DNA from: Lama guanicoe
Taxonomy: Eukaryota
Assembly (NCBI GenBank): GCA_013239625.1
Contig: MU054400.1
Coordinates: 3,969,802-4,033,801, forward strand
Direction of reading: 5' to 3'
Length of the DNA: 64,000 bases
The position numbers and the translations under genes are program-made. Every line of letters begins with the position of its first letter. The first letter of the stretch is position 1. Below, in pieces: positions 12,995-25,625 of the stretch. The notes beneath the pieces are model-generated. The model worked only from the letters and a program-made list of their open reading frames with translations. It made no database searches and was not told where the DNA came from.

Positions 12995-14776
12995 CACCAT
13001 CTGAATCTCCTGCAAAAGGATACAGAAAAAGAGACTGGATAGATCCATCTTGTTGAGGGCCTTGAATGCCACTCTCAAGTTTGGGATTTAGGCAGACGGA
13101 GTGCCAGGGAAGATTTTAGAAGAGGGAGAAATTCCATCTGGCTCGTATTTTGGGTATTTTAGGAAAATGATTACAGTGGAAGCAGGAATTGTGGAGTTTT
13201 AGGGATTCCTTGCCACGACCTGGTTGGGATGCGGCAAGACGGAGTCCGTGTAGGAACAGAGGAGACAGCAAACCCCCTCCACAGCTCCTGCAGAAGAAAG
13301 CCTATGCTTCTGGTGTTAGATTTGACCTTCTCTCACCTTTGTGGAAAGAAAACAATCGTTTTGTTAAGTTTGTTAGAAAAGATCCTACAGGTGAAGTGTT
13401 GGAAAAAAAGTCATTCCTGGCCCCATCCACTGTTATTTGCAAGCATGGCCTCACCACAGAGTAAGTCAGAAAAGCACCAGACAAACAGTAACAGTTTATG
13501 CTTCTGTCCCCAGTCTCCTTCTTTCTCAAGAGCAACTGGAAAGGGAAAGGATCCTTTCCACCCCTTTGTGACTTTCTCTGTCCCAGGTTGCTGGGGAGCT
13601 GTCCAGGGAACCAATCCCAAAAGGCCTCCCTGTGTCGTGTGAGCCCTACAAGGTGTGGGGTGGGTGAGGGATTCCCACGAGGGAGGTGATCGCAAGTCTT
13701 TTGGGGACAGCACAGAAGTTCCAGGTTTTGGATTTGAAAATGAAAGCAAGCTCAAGGAACCGTGAGCTGTCTGGAGTGACCGGACGTGGGGGCGAGGGGG
13801 AGCGGGCCAAGACGGGAATCATACAAGAAGTGTTGGCCCAGCCTGCTCCAGCCCCGGCTTCCAGTGCAGCTGCTCCCTTTATCCCCAGACCAGTGCAGAA
13901 GAATGGTGCCCTGGAAAACAGAAGGGCATGAGGGTCGTTAAGAGGCCCCTGGCAGTGGGAAATACAAGTGCTGCCGGGCCCTGAACGAAACTGTCAACCT
14001 TTTAAACTTCCGGCTGAATGGGCAAGGAGGAGGCGGGTCAGGTGCCAGGAGGGTGAGTTGGCATGTTTACCTCCAGGCACCATTTCCAAGTGAGGAATTA
14101 GCTGCTTCCTAACAGAACAAACAGGAAGCCTGTGAAAAATGCCATTGTCTCTTCCCGCCTGCGCTGACAGGACCGTTAAATGACCAAGTCCACGGAGCTC
14201 TGCCAAGTCAAGAGACCCAGGGACATGCAGCTGCCGGGCCACCTGTGTCTGTCTGAGTCCAGCTGAGCCATTTCCTCTGCAGGGCACCCCTGCTGTGGAA
14301 ACGCAGGTCCTGCGAGTTAAGGGCTCAAGGGTGGCAGAGGAGTTGAAGGAGAAGGGAGGGAGGAAGAGCAATTCCCTGGCTGTCCCTGGATGTCCCTGGG
14401 TCACTGGCTGAAAGCACACGGCTCTCCCCCTGTCTCAGCCTCCATCAGGAATTCTCTGCCCCCACCCCCAACCTCCGAAATGTTTGGCTGGGAACCAAGT
14501 CCAATAGGGAGCACCTGCCTCCCACCGCTGCCCACAGACACAATGCCCCACATGCCAGTTGGCAGCAGAGAGAAAAGAGGCCCATTAAAGAAAAGTCCCT
14601 GACAGTGTTAAGAAGCACAGTCCTGCCACTGTGCGCCCCCCTCCCCGCCCCGCAAACACACAGGCACACTCTCCCAGGCCTCTAAAGTTTTGCACATGTC
14701 CCGGGCTACTTCCCTGTCAATCAAACACGAAGAGAGAGAGCCCTGTCCTCTGGGGCCATGGCCTCTGTGGATAACA

Positions 14777-14842
14777 GGTGTGTAGGGATGTGTGTGTGCA
14801 GGTGTGTGTAGGGGTGTGTGTATATGTAGGTGTGTGTGTAGT
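14777..14842. repeat. Imperfect (TG)n repeat
   Basis: Interrupted TG run. Confidence 0.8.
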
Positions 14843-14849
14843 GGGAGGT

Positions 14850-15610
14850 GAGGTCTGGTGGTTACGCACCGTGCAGCCCCGGAGGGCGCGGCTCAAGGAG
14901 GGGTTGCACTCAGGAGCGGGATGCTTAGCCGGGTTTCATCGCCCCTCGCCCCAGCTCCGCCTCGCTGCCTGCGCTGCGTGGTGGGGAGGCACCGCCCTCG
15001 CTGGAGGATGGGAGCCGCCGTGGGGCCTTTGTGGGTGGCATCTTGGCGTGTCATTGCTTCCCTGGCCCCAGGACGACAGTCCACACCTAGGCATTGTCAC
15101 CATCACCCTCGAGCCTGAAACAGCGGGTCCCCGTGACTGAGCCGCTCAGACCGGTGGGCTCGGAGCCGTCTGTCTGTCTCTCCTGGTCCCCGGGCGGTGG
15201 CTCCCTGCCAAGCCCGCCGGCCTGCCCGGCCGTCGCAGACAGTGGGGCTCTGTGAGTCGGTCTCCTGTGGGCAGCTGGGATATTTTTCTATAGAGCGGAC
15301 TCGTCATTAGAGGCCCCAGAGGACGAGGGGAGGCACCTTAAGCTGTTTTCCTTTCTCTCTGGCCCCCATTTACTTCTCCTCTCGGAAGAAGCACGGCCAC
15401 CGGCCGGTGCCCGCAGTTCACTTGTCCTGGTGAAGGCGGCTTGACAGCTGCATAAATCACGCTGCGATACCACTAATAGGTCGCTGCCTGAGACTGTACC
15501 AGACCACCCAGGCGCGGCTCCGGCCCTCGGAGGCTGCACACAAATACAGTAATGCAAATCGCTTAACCCTTTGTTACTCCGCAGCCCGGGGACAAACGGG
15601 CTCTTGAAGT
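14850..15610. promoter_or_regulatory. CpG-island-like region (candidate promoter or enhancer)
   Basis: Clearly GC- and CpG-rich relative to the flanks and not a recognisable repeat; contains TGACAG+CATAAATCA (15442-15459), ATGCAAAT (15552-15559) and CTTTGTT (15569-15575). Confidence 0.65.
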
Positions 15611-16169
15611 CCTTCCCCCTTCGGCTTCCATCCCCCAGACCAGCCTCGTCTGTTTTTCAACTCTCATTCCTACCCCTTTCATCCGCCTCCCTTCCCCACC
15701 CTACATTCTTCTATTCTCTCCTGATTTCAGCGGAGCCTGTGCACCTTGCAGGTGTTGAAAGTTCCAGGGCTTTGCCAGGGCTCTGGGTCGAAGGGACATG
15801 GCATTGGCTGGGGACCCCGAGAGTGAGAGAGGGACCGGGGCTGAGCTGCAGAGGACGACGCAGAGAGTGTGAGCCGAGGACAAGGATTCTGGTCCGTGCA
15901 ATGCAGCTCCTACTCTTTGGCCTTAAGGGTGGTTTCTGCGCAGTCTGGAGACAGGCATCCCAGGCCTCTGTCCTGGATGCCCAAGGGAGGGTGAAGTGTG
16001 CAGTGAAGTCGTCCAGGGAAAACCATGCCTCTAGAGGAGGTTCTTCCCTTCAGCCAAGTACATCAAGTGCTGAGGATACTGCTCACCTGGTGCAGGGTTA
16101 AGGATGCACGCTCACCTGATGCAAGGTGCCAGGACACCCAAGAGAATGGGACAAGGTTCTGCTTTCTGG

Positions 16170-16683
16170 AGCTCACTGTCCTGTATACCGCGATGTGACC
16201 AGGCCTCCTTTCAGCTGGCCCTCCCATTAGGAACTGTCCCTTGCGACTGCCCCCTTGCTAATTCTCCTGTAGCCCAGCTAGCCTCCATCTGCTCCAAAGG
16301 CCCAGGTAGCTCCTCGCAGGGGACTTTGCATTATTTGCTGTTGCTTTTTTAAAGGGAATCTACGAGAGAGTGAGGCTCCCTCTCTTACACTTCTCAAGTC
16401 TTTGCTCATGTGCCATCTCCGTCAAGCCTGTCCGACTACTCAGTTTAGCACTTCAGCTAACTGACGTGGCAGCCCTACCCCTCTCCCCTGCTCCATCTTT
16501 CTTGATAGCACTTAACCACTTTGAAACACACTGCATGCTTTCCTTCTTTGTTTGCTGTGCGCCTTCCCCTCTAGCATGGTGATTCTTTGACAGGAGGAAC
16601 TGTCAGTTGTTTTGTTCCCTGATGTACCCTGGATGACTGGATTATTGCTTCTACATAGTAGATGCTCAGTAAGTATTTGTTGA
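16170..16683 (+). mobile_element. L2a 3' fragment
   Basis: ggactttgca...gatagcacttaaccac...tttgttccctgatgtaccc...catagtagatgctcagtaagtatttgttga. Confidence 0.7.
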
Positions 16684-16891
16684 GGGATAAGTTAGGAATT
16701 TGAGATTAACAGATACTGCTATATATAAAACAGATAAACAACAAGGACCTACTGTGTAGCAAAGGGAACCATAGTCAGTATCTTGTAATAGCCTACAATG
16801 AAAAAGAATCTGAAAAAGGATATATATATGTATAATGGAATCACTTTGCTGTGCACCTGGAACATTATAAATCAACTATAATTCAATAAAA
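16684..16891 (+). mobile_element. Artiodactyl-type LINE-1 3'UTR (L1_Art-like), truncated
   Basis: aaacagataaacaacaaggacctactgtgtagcaaagggaac...aatcactttgctgtgcacctgg...aatcaactataattcaataaa. Confidence 0.85.
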
Positions 16892-17161
16892 ATTTTTGTT
16901 AAGTGATTAAATGCTGTAACAGAGGAATGTACAATGAGCCATGGAGACCTGGGGGAAGTAAGTGATGTATTCGTTCACAGGGGTTGGGGACGGGGTCATG
17001 AGTCTCAAATTTATCACCCCAGGGATCAGTCTTCCTGTCAGAGAAGTTTGAAACCCTAAGGGAATTAAGGTGATTCACTTTTTCTTTGTCATCTCTTAGC
17101 ATGACACGATTGCCTCCAAGACATATTTATTCATTTTCTCCTGAAAATAGTTAAGTTCATT

Positions 17162-17587
17162 TGTGGTAGGCTGAATAATGGTCCCCAAAGATGTTCGCGC
17201 ACTAATCCCCAGATGTGATTAAGCTGAGGATCTTCAAATGGGAAAGTTATCTTGGCTTGTCCGGGTGGGTCCAGTGTAATCACAAGTGTCCTTGTAAGAG
17301 GGAGACAGGAGGATCAGAGAGAGGAGACGTGATCATGGAAGCTGAGGACGGAGCCATATTGGGCCACCAGCCAAGAAATGCAGGAAACTTCTAGAAACTG
17401 GAAAAAGCAAAGAAATAGAGCATCCTCTAGAGCTGCCAGAAGGAGTGTAGGCCTACTGACACCTCGATTTTAGCTCAGTGAGACTGATTTTGGACTTCTG
17501 ACCTCCTGAACTGTAAGATAATAAATTTGTTATTTTAAGTCACGAGGTTTGTGTCAATTTCATATAGTGGCACTAGGAAGTCATGCA
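17162..17587 (+). mobile_element. ERVL-MaLR solo LTR (MLT1C/D-like)
   Basis: tgtggtaggctgaataatggtccccaaagatgt...ttttggacttctgacctcctgaactgtaagataataaatttg. Confidence 0.85.
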
Positions 17588-18651
17588 GGATCCTTTTTAT
17601 AACTTCTGAGCATTTGTTTCCCTCCATCCTAACCTTGTTTTGGGCTTTTGCTCTGCTGATATCAGTCCTGGAGGAGGGTACCACTCACACATCTTCCTCC
17701 CCATCATTGCATGTGACCTTTTCAAAGTGGACTTAATCTGAGAGTTCTTGTCCAATTCCTAAGGGAATCGCATTTTTAAAAAGTAGTTTTCCCCATCTCT
17801 TCCTTGTTAAAATAATTTGAGTTTGTACAATTCATATTTTTCCCTAGGTATTTATTCATAAATCCTTCCCAGCCTTCTTGAAGTGCTCTCAGCAGTTCCT
17901 GCAGGGCCAGCTTTGGTCTCTAGTGTAGGCTGGTCCTTCTGTCTCTGACATATTTCTGCTGGACAAGAATAGCCCTTTGGCCCATGTCCTGGCTGTGCCA
18001 GTCCAGTTTCACTACCACGTGATGGGTGGCGTGGGTAGGAGTTAGATTCTGCTTGTGCACGTCCTCTCAGCACTCTTCTCCTCCCTCTTTCTCTTGCTAT
18101 TTTCAGGCACCTCTGGATGAAACACTCTTGGTCAAAGACATTGCCCAAAGAATAGGGCAGAGAAATTCTCCTTAAATGATTTCCTTCAGATTTTTCATGA
18201 AAATAGTTAACTGGAAACTAGCACTCAAATGGTCATGTATGCATTCAACCAGCATGCATTTGCTGAATACTTACCTTGCACCAATGCTCTGTGATCACGA
18301 AGAGGAAATAGGAAATACTAGGTGCACAAAGACTCCCAAATTATGTGCAGCTGGGATTCCTATCAGACTTCTATAGTATTTACAGACCTGAGTGTAATTG
18401 TTGAGAAGATGTCAGTAGAGCTCAGATGATGGACTTGCCTTATTCTTTGGGATAAGTTGGTTGTCAATCTTTTTTCTTTTCAGTCTTTATCTCCCAGAAG
18501 GCTGGGCTAATCTTACTGCAGATGGAATAGGGGTGGCACTCAGGAGACTGAAAGAACAAGAAATGTGGCCCTAAAACTAGAAATGAAATTCTAGAAATTT
18601 CTAGAAATTGGCTGAAAACTAGGAGCTGGAAGTTTGTAACAATATCTTTGA

Positions 18652-19118
18652 TTTGTGCTGTCAAATATTGATCACTTGAAATGTGGCTAGGGCACCTGAA
18701 GACTGGGTTTTTAATTTTGTTTAATTTGTTTAAGTTTACATTTAAAAATGCTTGAGTTATTGAACTTCAGTTAAAAAGCCTAAGTTACTGAGAACCTTTT
18801 GAATGTATTTAGAACAAATGAGGTGCATGAATCTACTTCTTCAGTTGTAAATTTCATGAAATCTAAATACAGATTAAGTATTTCTGGTGAAAAATTAGCA
18901 CCTAAATTGAGACATGCCAGATTTTGAAGCCTTAGGATGAGAAAAAATATAAATTATCTCAATCATAATTTTATATTAAGGATATATTGGACTCATGTAA
19001 AATATATTATTAATATTAGTTTTACCTGCTTCTTTTTCCTGTCTTTTTTTTTGATGTGGCTACTGGAAATTTTAAATTACATATGTGGGTCATATTGTGT
19101 TTCTACTGGCCAGCTCTG
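18652..19118. mobile_element. hAT-Charlie DNA transposon remnant (Charlie1-like)
   Basis: cacttgaaatgtggctag...atgtggctactggaaattttaaattacatatgtgg...tttctactggccagctctg. Confidence 0.7.
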
Positions 19119-19619
19119 TCTTGAATGATCAGTGTAATCCTTTCTTAACACATCTTGAGGAAGACTGGAAATATTTGATCAGTCTCCATGGTATTGTCTT
19201 CTAATTTTTTAACAGAATTAAGATTATGATAATTTTGGAAACTGTATTTGAATCTTTGCTGGTGTTTCTACATGTGTTCCGTGTTGGAGATTAGACTAAA
19301 GAGAAGAGACTCATTTTAGCTATACACGCTTACAGAATGTGAAACAGAGAATGGACAGAGCTCAATAATCGAGAATAATACCACCAAAACAGGCAAACAA
19401 GCAATTGCAAAAGCATCCAGACAAATGCTAGGCTCCTAACTGGCTTTGAATTAAATGCATCTGCCATAAGCTTCCAGTTGATGCATACAAGGGGGAGCCA
19501 GTCTCCTATTCTGGGAAATCGAGGCCATTTGACTTGTTTCTTCATTTACTCTGAAGACTCACTTGAGACCATTAATCACCCCTTCTGCTCCTTTTTCTGT
19601 GAAGAGATGCCCCTCTTCA

Positions 19620-19845
19620 TTTTTTTTTTAATAGACGTATAGTCAGTTTACAATGTTGTATCAATTTCTGGTGCACAGCATAATGTTTCAGTTACACATA
19701 TACATGCATAGATTCCTTTACAAATTCTTTTTCATTATAGGTTACTACACGACATTGAATATAGCTCCCTGTGCTATACAGTATAAACTTGTTGTTTATC
19801 TCTTTTCTATATAGCTAGTATCTGTAAATCTTGAACTCCCAATTT
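19620..19845 (-). mobile_element. Camelid/artiodactyl LINE-1 3'UTR, truncated
   Basis: T-tract, then gtatagtcagtttacaatgttgtatcaatttctggtgcacagcataatg...ccctgtgctatacag. Confidence 0.85.
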
Positions 19846-20312
19846 GTGGAGTATTTTACTTTAGAAATGTAAGATTTTTTTCCTTTTCTTTTCCTTTGGC
19901 TATTTGCTTATTTTTCTAACATGAGGCTGCTCTTGTGTGGTGGTGCTTTTACTCTCTTGCTTCAGAATTTGGGGGTATGAGCTCATTTTCTGCAGAAACA
20001 ATTTCTCACGTGTGTCCTCCATTACCCAACTTATGGAGGCCCCTCATGGTGGTTTTGTGTTTACTCTGCTGAGTCCCACAGTCCTCCCTAGTCCAGGACT
20101 TCAGCTTAGTTTCTTTTCTGCCAAGGTACCAACTCACCTGCACGCTGCTCCCAACATGGGCTTGAGGTTCTGGTGTGTCCCAGGTACTCTGTGTCTGCCT
20201 ACAAACTAGGTTAAGACTGCTCTTTCCCTACTTTTCCTTCCAGCCCAGAACATCTTCATTTTCATCTTAGCTTTACTTTCTTGAAATTGTTGAGGGGAAC
20301 AAGATGTGTGAG

Positions 20313-20484
20313 TAGGATTGTCAGATGAAGCAAATGAAAATGCAGGATGGTCAGTTACATTTGAATTTCACTTTTTCATTATGTGTATGTCCCAAGTATG
20401 CAGTATGGGACATGCACTGAAAAATGATCCATTATCTGAAATTCATATTTAAGTGGCAGTCCTGTCTTTTACCTGGCAACCCTA
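20313..20484. mobile_element. MER53-like hAT MITE (copy A)
   Basis: Inverted termini taggattgtcaga...cctggcaacccta; palindromic centre tgtccca...tgggaca. Confidence 0.8.
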
Positions 20485-20517
20485 CATGTTTAGGATCTAT
20501 TAAGTTTGGTAACCAGA

Positions 20518-20656
20518 AGGGTTGCCAGATTTAGCAAATAAAAGTACAGGACGCCCAACTATGTGACATTTTGGTCATACTAATACTAAAAAATTATGTG
20601 TTGTTTTTCCAAAATTCAAAATTAACTAGACATCTTGAATTTTATACGGCAACCCT
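20518..20656. mobile_element. MER53-like hAT MITE (copy B, internally deleted)
   Basis: agggttgccagatttagcaaataaaagtacaggacgccca...ggcaaccct. Confidence 0.8.
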
Positions 20657-22487
20657 CAGTCTTGAGAAGTCTCACTGTGTTTGAGAGTAGCCTAACCATG
20701 GGAGCTCTCAGGGCGGGAATTAATTTTCTGTCTGCAGTTCTGCTAATGCATCTTGGAGAAGCCCAGAAGCCCAAGAAAGCCCTGGAGGGAGATGGTGTCT
20801 ACCTGAGGTTCTGGTAAGGGGATCAGGTATGTGCCTGGATTTATAGAGGGCATAGAGCTTCCGTAGCTCTTGGACAGCTTTGTTGAAGAGTCACTATTCA
20901 AATCCAATCGGATTAACTTTTTGTTCCTTCTGAGTAGAATGTTTCTGTCCTGCCTGTTCACCACCAACGTGCACTCTGATCTTGGTTGATTAAGTGGAGC
21001 CCAACCATTGCGTCATTAAAGAAGATCTACAGCTCAGTTTCTGAACCAAACAGGAATTGTTAACAAGAGTCTGGAAGAGAGGGAGGAAACGGGCTTATTT
21101 CTTTGACTTCTTTTTCCAATTGTTAATCATTTTGGGTTGTTAAAGCTAAGCCCGAAAAAGGTAAAAAAGTGTGTGTGCTCTGGGTGGGGGTGCCGGGGAG
21201 ACCCAGACTCTACACTGCCTCCCACCGTTTACCTTCTGGCTTAAGTCCCTTCTATAAACGTTGTTTACCCTCCCCCACCTGGCTTTCTGGCCAAATACTT
21301 TTAAAAGAACGTTAACAGGAGGAGGATCAAGGATCTTGTTTTCTTTTCATTCTTTTTGACTGATGTTCCTTTGTCTTGAAAGCTCCTGTAATCTCCCACA
21401 TCTTCAGAGCCAGTTCCCCGCTGACAGGGAAAGGCAGCAAAAAGTCCCCCAGCTTTGAGATAAACCACCCCAAGCTGGATCATTAGCTACACAAACTTTC
21501 TCCCTTGAGCCTTCTCTTAAATGTTTGGAACTCTAGAACTTCTTCCTTGAAAATGAGGGAAAGCAGACATCGCGGGCTGTGTCTTTAAAAGCGTGTAACC
21601 AGAGCTTTTTATTAACTCTGGTGGGAGGAAGGCCTTAAACTGAATTGGTCTGGTAACTCCTTAATTGCAGCTGACATTTACTGAGCGGCTACTACAGGCC
21701 ACAGGCTAGGGCTGTAGGGGAGGAAAGAGAAATAGGATGAGGTTGGGCCTACAGGCACTTGCTTGTTAAATATTTGGGGGCAAATATCACCAGTCTTCTA
21801 AGATCCCACTCTACACTGGGTCAGATGACCTGGCTTAACACCCTTCTGGCAGCCTGGGTCTTCCTAGTATTTCGCATGACAAAATGCGTTTATGCACTGA
21901 CTTCTGTAAGGATTAGTGTCATGCTCTGTCACAGGTTTCTAAGCTCTGTGAGCCCCACGAGGGGAGGGGCTGGGTCTATTTTGATTATATTCAGAAAAAG
22001 GCGCCATAGTCTTCTTACACACCTCCAGGCGATGTGGACTCAACTCTTTGGAAGGACCTGCAGGATGCTTGCTCAGAGGGTGCTCTTCCCAACGGTACTG
22101 CCACCTCCTGGCTCTGACCAGGGGATGTTGGACTCAGCCCAGAGCCAGTAGCTTACCCACCTTCACTGACCTCAGCTTTGGGGGAGTTAGCACCCAAACA
22201 CAAATCGTTAGCATTGCAATCAGAAGGCTCCCGATCACCCTCTAGGAGAAGCTGGGCTTCCCTCCTAAAGGACTGGCCCCTGTTACACCTGTAGGCCCGA
22301 GGGTCAGTGACAGTGCGTAGCTTGGAGAAAAACTTGGCTAAACAATGGGGGCTTTAGGAAGTTCCCAGTGCAGTTAGGTGGTCATCTAATTTACTGTCCA
22401 AAACAGGGCACTTTTGAGAATAAAAAGGGGTGCTATTATTAATTACTCTGGCAATTTTCTCTTGCAAACTAGTGTTAATGGCCTCTG

Positions 22488-22735
22488 TAAGTATAGTGGT
22501 TAACAGTGCAAACTCTGGGGCCAGGTGGCTTGGGTCCAATTCAAACTCTGCCACTCATTAGCTGTGAGACCTTGTGAAGTTACTCAACCTCTCTGTGGTT
22601 TAGTTGCCTCAGCTGTTAAACTGAATATGAAAACAGTACCATCTCACATGGTTGCGCTTAGGATTCAATGAGTGAAAAATTGCTGGGAAAGTGTCTGGTA
22701 CAGAGTAAATGCTATGTAATTGTTTGCTATTGTTT
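22488..22735 (+). mobile_element. Near full-length MIR SINE
   Basis: tRNA-like head gtatagtggttaacagtgc, core gctgtgagaccttgtgaagttactcaacctctctgtg, tail gtgtctggtacagagtaaatgct. Confidence 0.9.
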
Positions 22736-23770
22736 TTACTAAGAAATGGAAGGAGAAGAGATACATGTATTTTTCAAATTCCCACAATGGGACAGGTACT
22801 CAACTTGGTGATCCATGTACAGTTTGTTTTATAATCTTCATAATACACTACATTGTTGGTATTTTTAAGACCATTTTAATCAGGTGATAAGCTTTTACAT
22901 TTTTTTTTCCCTAGGACATGAGTCAGTCCCAGGGTTTCACAGGGTTTACATAGCTACCTGTGAGAAATGTTTGGGCCACACTGGCTAAAATTACGTACTT
23001 TCCACTGATGAATTGGGAACTTAGTAGAAACATATTCTGAGTGTTGAAAGAAATGACACAAATTTGTTGATTGATATGTGGTAACTTTGAAAAAGAATGA
23101 GCATTTATTTTGTTTTCTTTCCAAAGTAATACGTATTTATTGCAGAAAATTTGAAAAAGGGAATCACAATGAAGATTAAATTACCAGTAATTTGAACACC
23201 CAGCAATGACCACGATCAATTTTAACATGTTGGTGTGTGTACTTTAGTTTTACACCATTGGGAGAATTCTCAAAGCTAGTCATTGTGAAGCCTTTGAATT
23301 GTTGATGTGATTCAGGGAGTAGAGTTTGGGAGAATGAGTTCTGAAGGCAAAAGGAAAATTCCACTGTGGGTGAAAGTGAGGGTCATTTTAGAAAATAAGA
23401 TGGATGCTAGTAGGGTTTTGGGGATTGCTGTTTGGTGATTGCCAGATGTTTCCCTAAGCACTTTATACTCAGAAAATATTCCATGTTTTATGTACATGTG
23501 CATATTTTTAAACACAGGGTCATGTTGTAAGAAAGGTTTGGTAGCTCTTCAGTATATTTTCCCTGATGAATGAGGTTTTCCATGTCTGGTGACTGTTAGC
23601 ACCTTGAAAACAAGGACTTTATTTTAATTCATCTCTCCCACAATGCCTGACACATGATTATTTGTAGAATTGAAATGACATGCATTCCTATCATCCAAAA
23701 TACTTCCATGTGCTCTAAGGTGGAAAGGCTACCTTGTTGCAAAGAGTCACTTTTCAGTCTAACCAGTCTA

Positions 23771-23932
23771 TGTAATAGATGGCTACAGCTGTGTAACAAA
23801 TTACCCTGAAACATAGAGGCTTAAAAGGACAAATGTTTATCATCTCACAGTTTCTGTGGGGCAGGAATAAGGGAGCAGCTTGGCTAAGTGGTTCCAACTC
23901 AAGGGTGGTAGTAAAGTTACTAGCCAGGGCAG
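23771..23932 (-). mobile_element. MaLR LTR fragment (MLT1E/F-like), followed by a MER5A end (~23940-23984)
   Basis: gctgtgtaacaaattaccctgaaacatagaggcttaaa...atctcacagtttctgtggggcaggaa; then gattctgatgcatacttcagtttgaagaccattg. Confidence 0.7.
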
Positions 23933-25444
23933 ATGTTTGCTCCCTAGGGGATTCTGATGCATACTTCAGTTTGAAGACCATTGTCCTAATCTAGTGTTCT
24001 TTTCTCAGCATGATAGTGCCCCATCTTTTATACATATTTTTGTTTGATGTTCATTGAGAGATTCCTAGATATCTTTTCAACTTGGTCTCTACTTCTATGC
24101 CACCTCTGATGGATGGATGAATGCTTGGACTGTTTTGTTTAGTAGAAACAGTGCCATGATTGATTAGCAATGTCTGTCACCGCAGGGGAGGGCCAGTGCT
24201 GCCATCAGCATCAATCCTACCTTAGCCTCTGGCTCTCTGAGGTAATTCACGATTAAAAAAGAAAAAGCATGCACTTCACATTTTCTTTATGATGATGTTA
24301 TGAAAGGAGACATAGATTGTCCTTTGTTTGCACTGTTTTATATCTTGTTTGCAACCTTGATAATTTTAGGAGAGATCTTAGTTTGTATTAACCATAAATA
24401 TCGACATGAATAAAACAAAGCAACAGAAAGAACTTATTGTTTGTTTGTTTTTTAAGCCAAAGCTGCAAAAGGCTCTGTGTTTGATGGAAAGATTGGTTAT
24501 TTTTCTTTGGCAACTAGACCTGGGGGGCCCGGGCTAGAATTTATTTCCTTCCCAGGACGCTCCCCCAGGGCCCTGCTCCACGCCCACAGAGGGCTCTGTG
24601 GTTACTTTTCATAAGCTGCCATAATTTTCAAAGCCCAAAGGGCTCATAATCAGATTTGGGAAAGCTGCTCTATTTGTAAGCGTCTGAGGCTGGCTTTCAC
24701 GGGGTTGTTCCCTGAAGGGAGCGATGAGTGACAGCAAAGACATCCTTTTTTCCCCACTTGGGGATAATCCTTTGTTTAGCAGGTCTTTATTGTTGCAGAG
24801 GAAGTTTACTTAGCTTCTGATCCCACTGGACTGATTCAGCAACCACGCCAATACCCCCACCCCACGCAACACCTCCGCACGGACGCGGCAGACTCTGGGA
24901 AGGGGTGCAAGGCTGGGGCGAGCGAGACCTGTTGCTGCACATTTATGTTTTTAGGAGGATCTTTTTCTCTTCAGGCTTACGGATTTTGTCTTTCTACCTG
25001 CAACCACAGTATCACACAAAGGGGAACTGTTTCCGGCTGGGGTGACAGCAAAATGCCTCTGCTGCAAGGGTCATCGTGTCCTTCAGGGAAAGAGCTCCAG
25101 CTGCAATTGTTGAATTCTTACTACCACCCTTCTGCCTCAGAAGGTGCCCAGACATGGAAAACGTAGATTTCAAATCTGCTCAGCTCCTTAATATTGATCA
25201 AGTGAGTCTTCAGCAAGGCTTCTCTTCCCAGTTCCTTTGCTTTTCAGTGTGCCCTTATATGAGCTGCCTCTAGGACTTTTTTTGCTTTCACTCTGAATCC
25301 TATTGCTTAACTATGGTTTTAGTTCTTGCTCTTAACTGTATCTCCCTCAGTTTCCAATGTCAGGTCCTTTCATTCTTGTCTTCACAAAAGAAGACAATTC
25401 TACTGACCCATCGTAAATATTTTATAAGGAAAAGAATCATATTA

Positions 25445-25625
25445 ATTATAACTAACATTTATTGAGCACTTACACCATTCCTCATATTCCTCTAAGAGTT
25501 TTTTATGTTCTAACTCCTTTAATCTTCACAAGAACCCCATTTACTCAGTAGTTATTATAAACTTTAATTTAAATATGAGTGCTAAGACCAGAGAGGTTAA
25601 GTAACATGCCCAAGGTCACACAGAA
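25445..25625 (-). mobile_element. MIR SINE fragment
   Basis: actaacatttattgagcacttac...agagaggttaagtaacatgcccaaggtcacacag. Confidence 0.85.

Noticed and set aside
13391..13466. Candidate small exon ending aga|gtaagt
   Set aside because: No polypyrimidine tract at the acceptor and no recognisable coding content
15571..16101. 176-aa ORF downstream of the CpG island
   Set aside because: TTG start, GC-rich sequence depleted of stop codons, no recognisable homology
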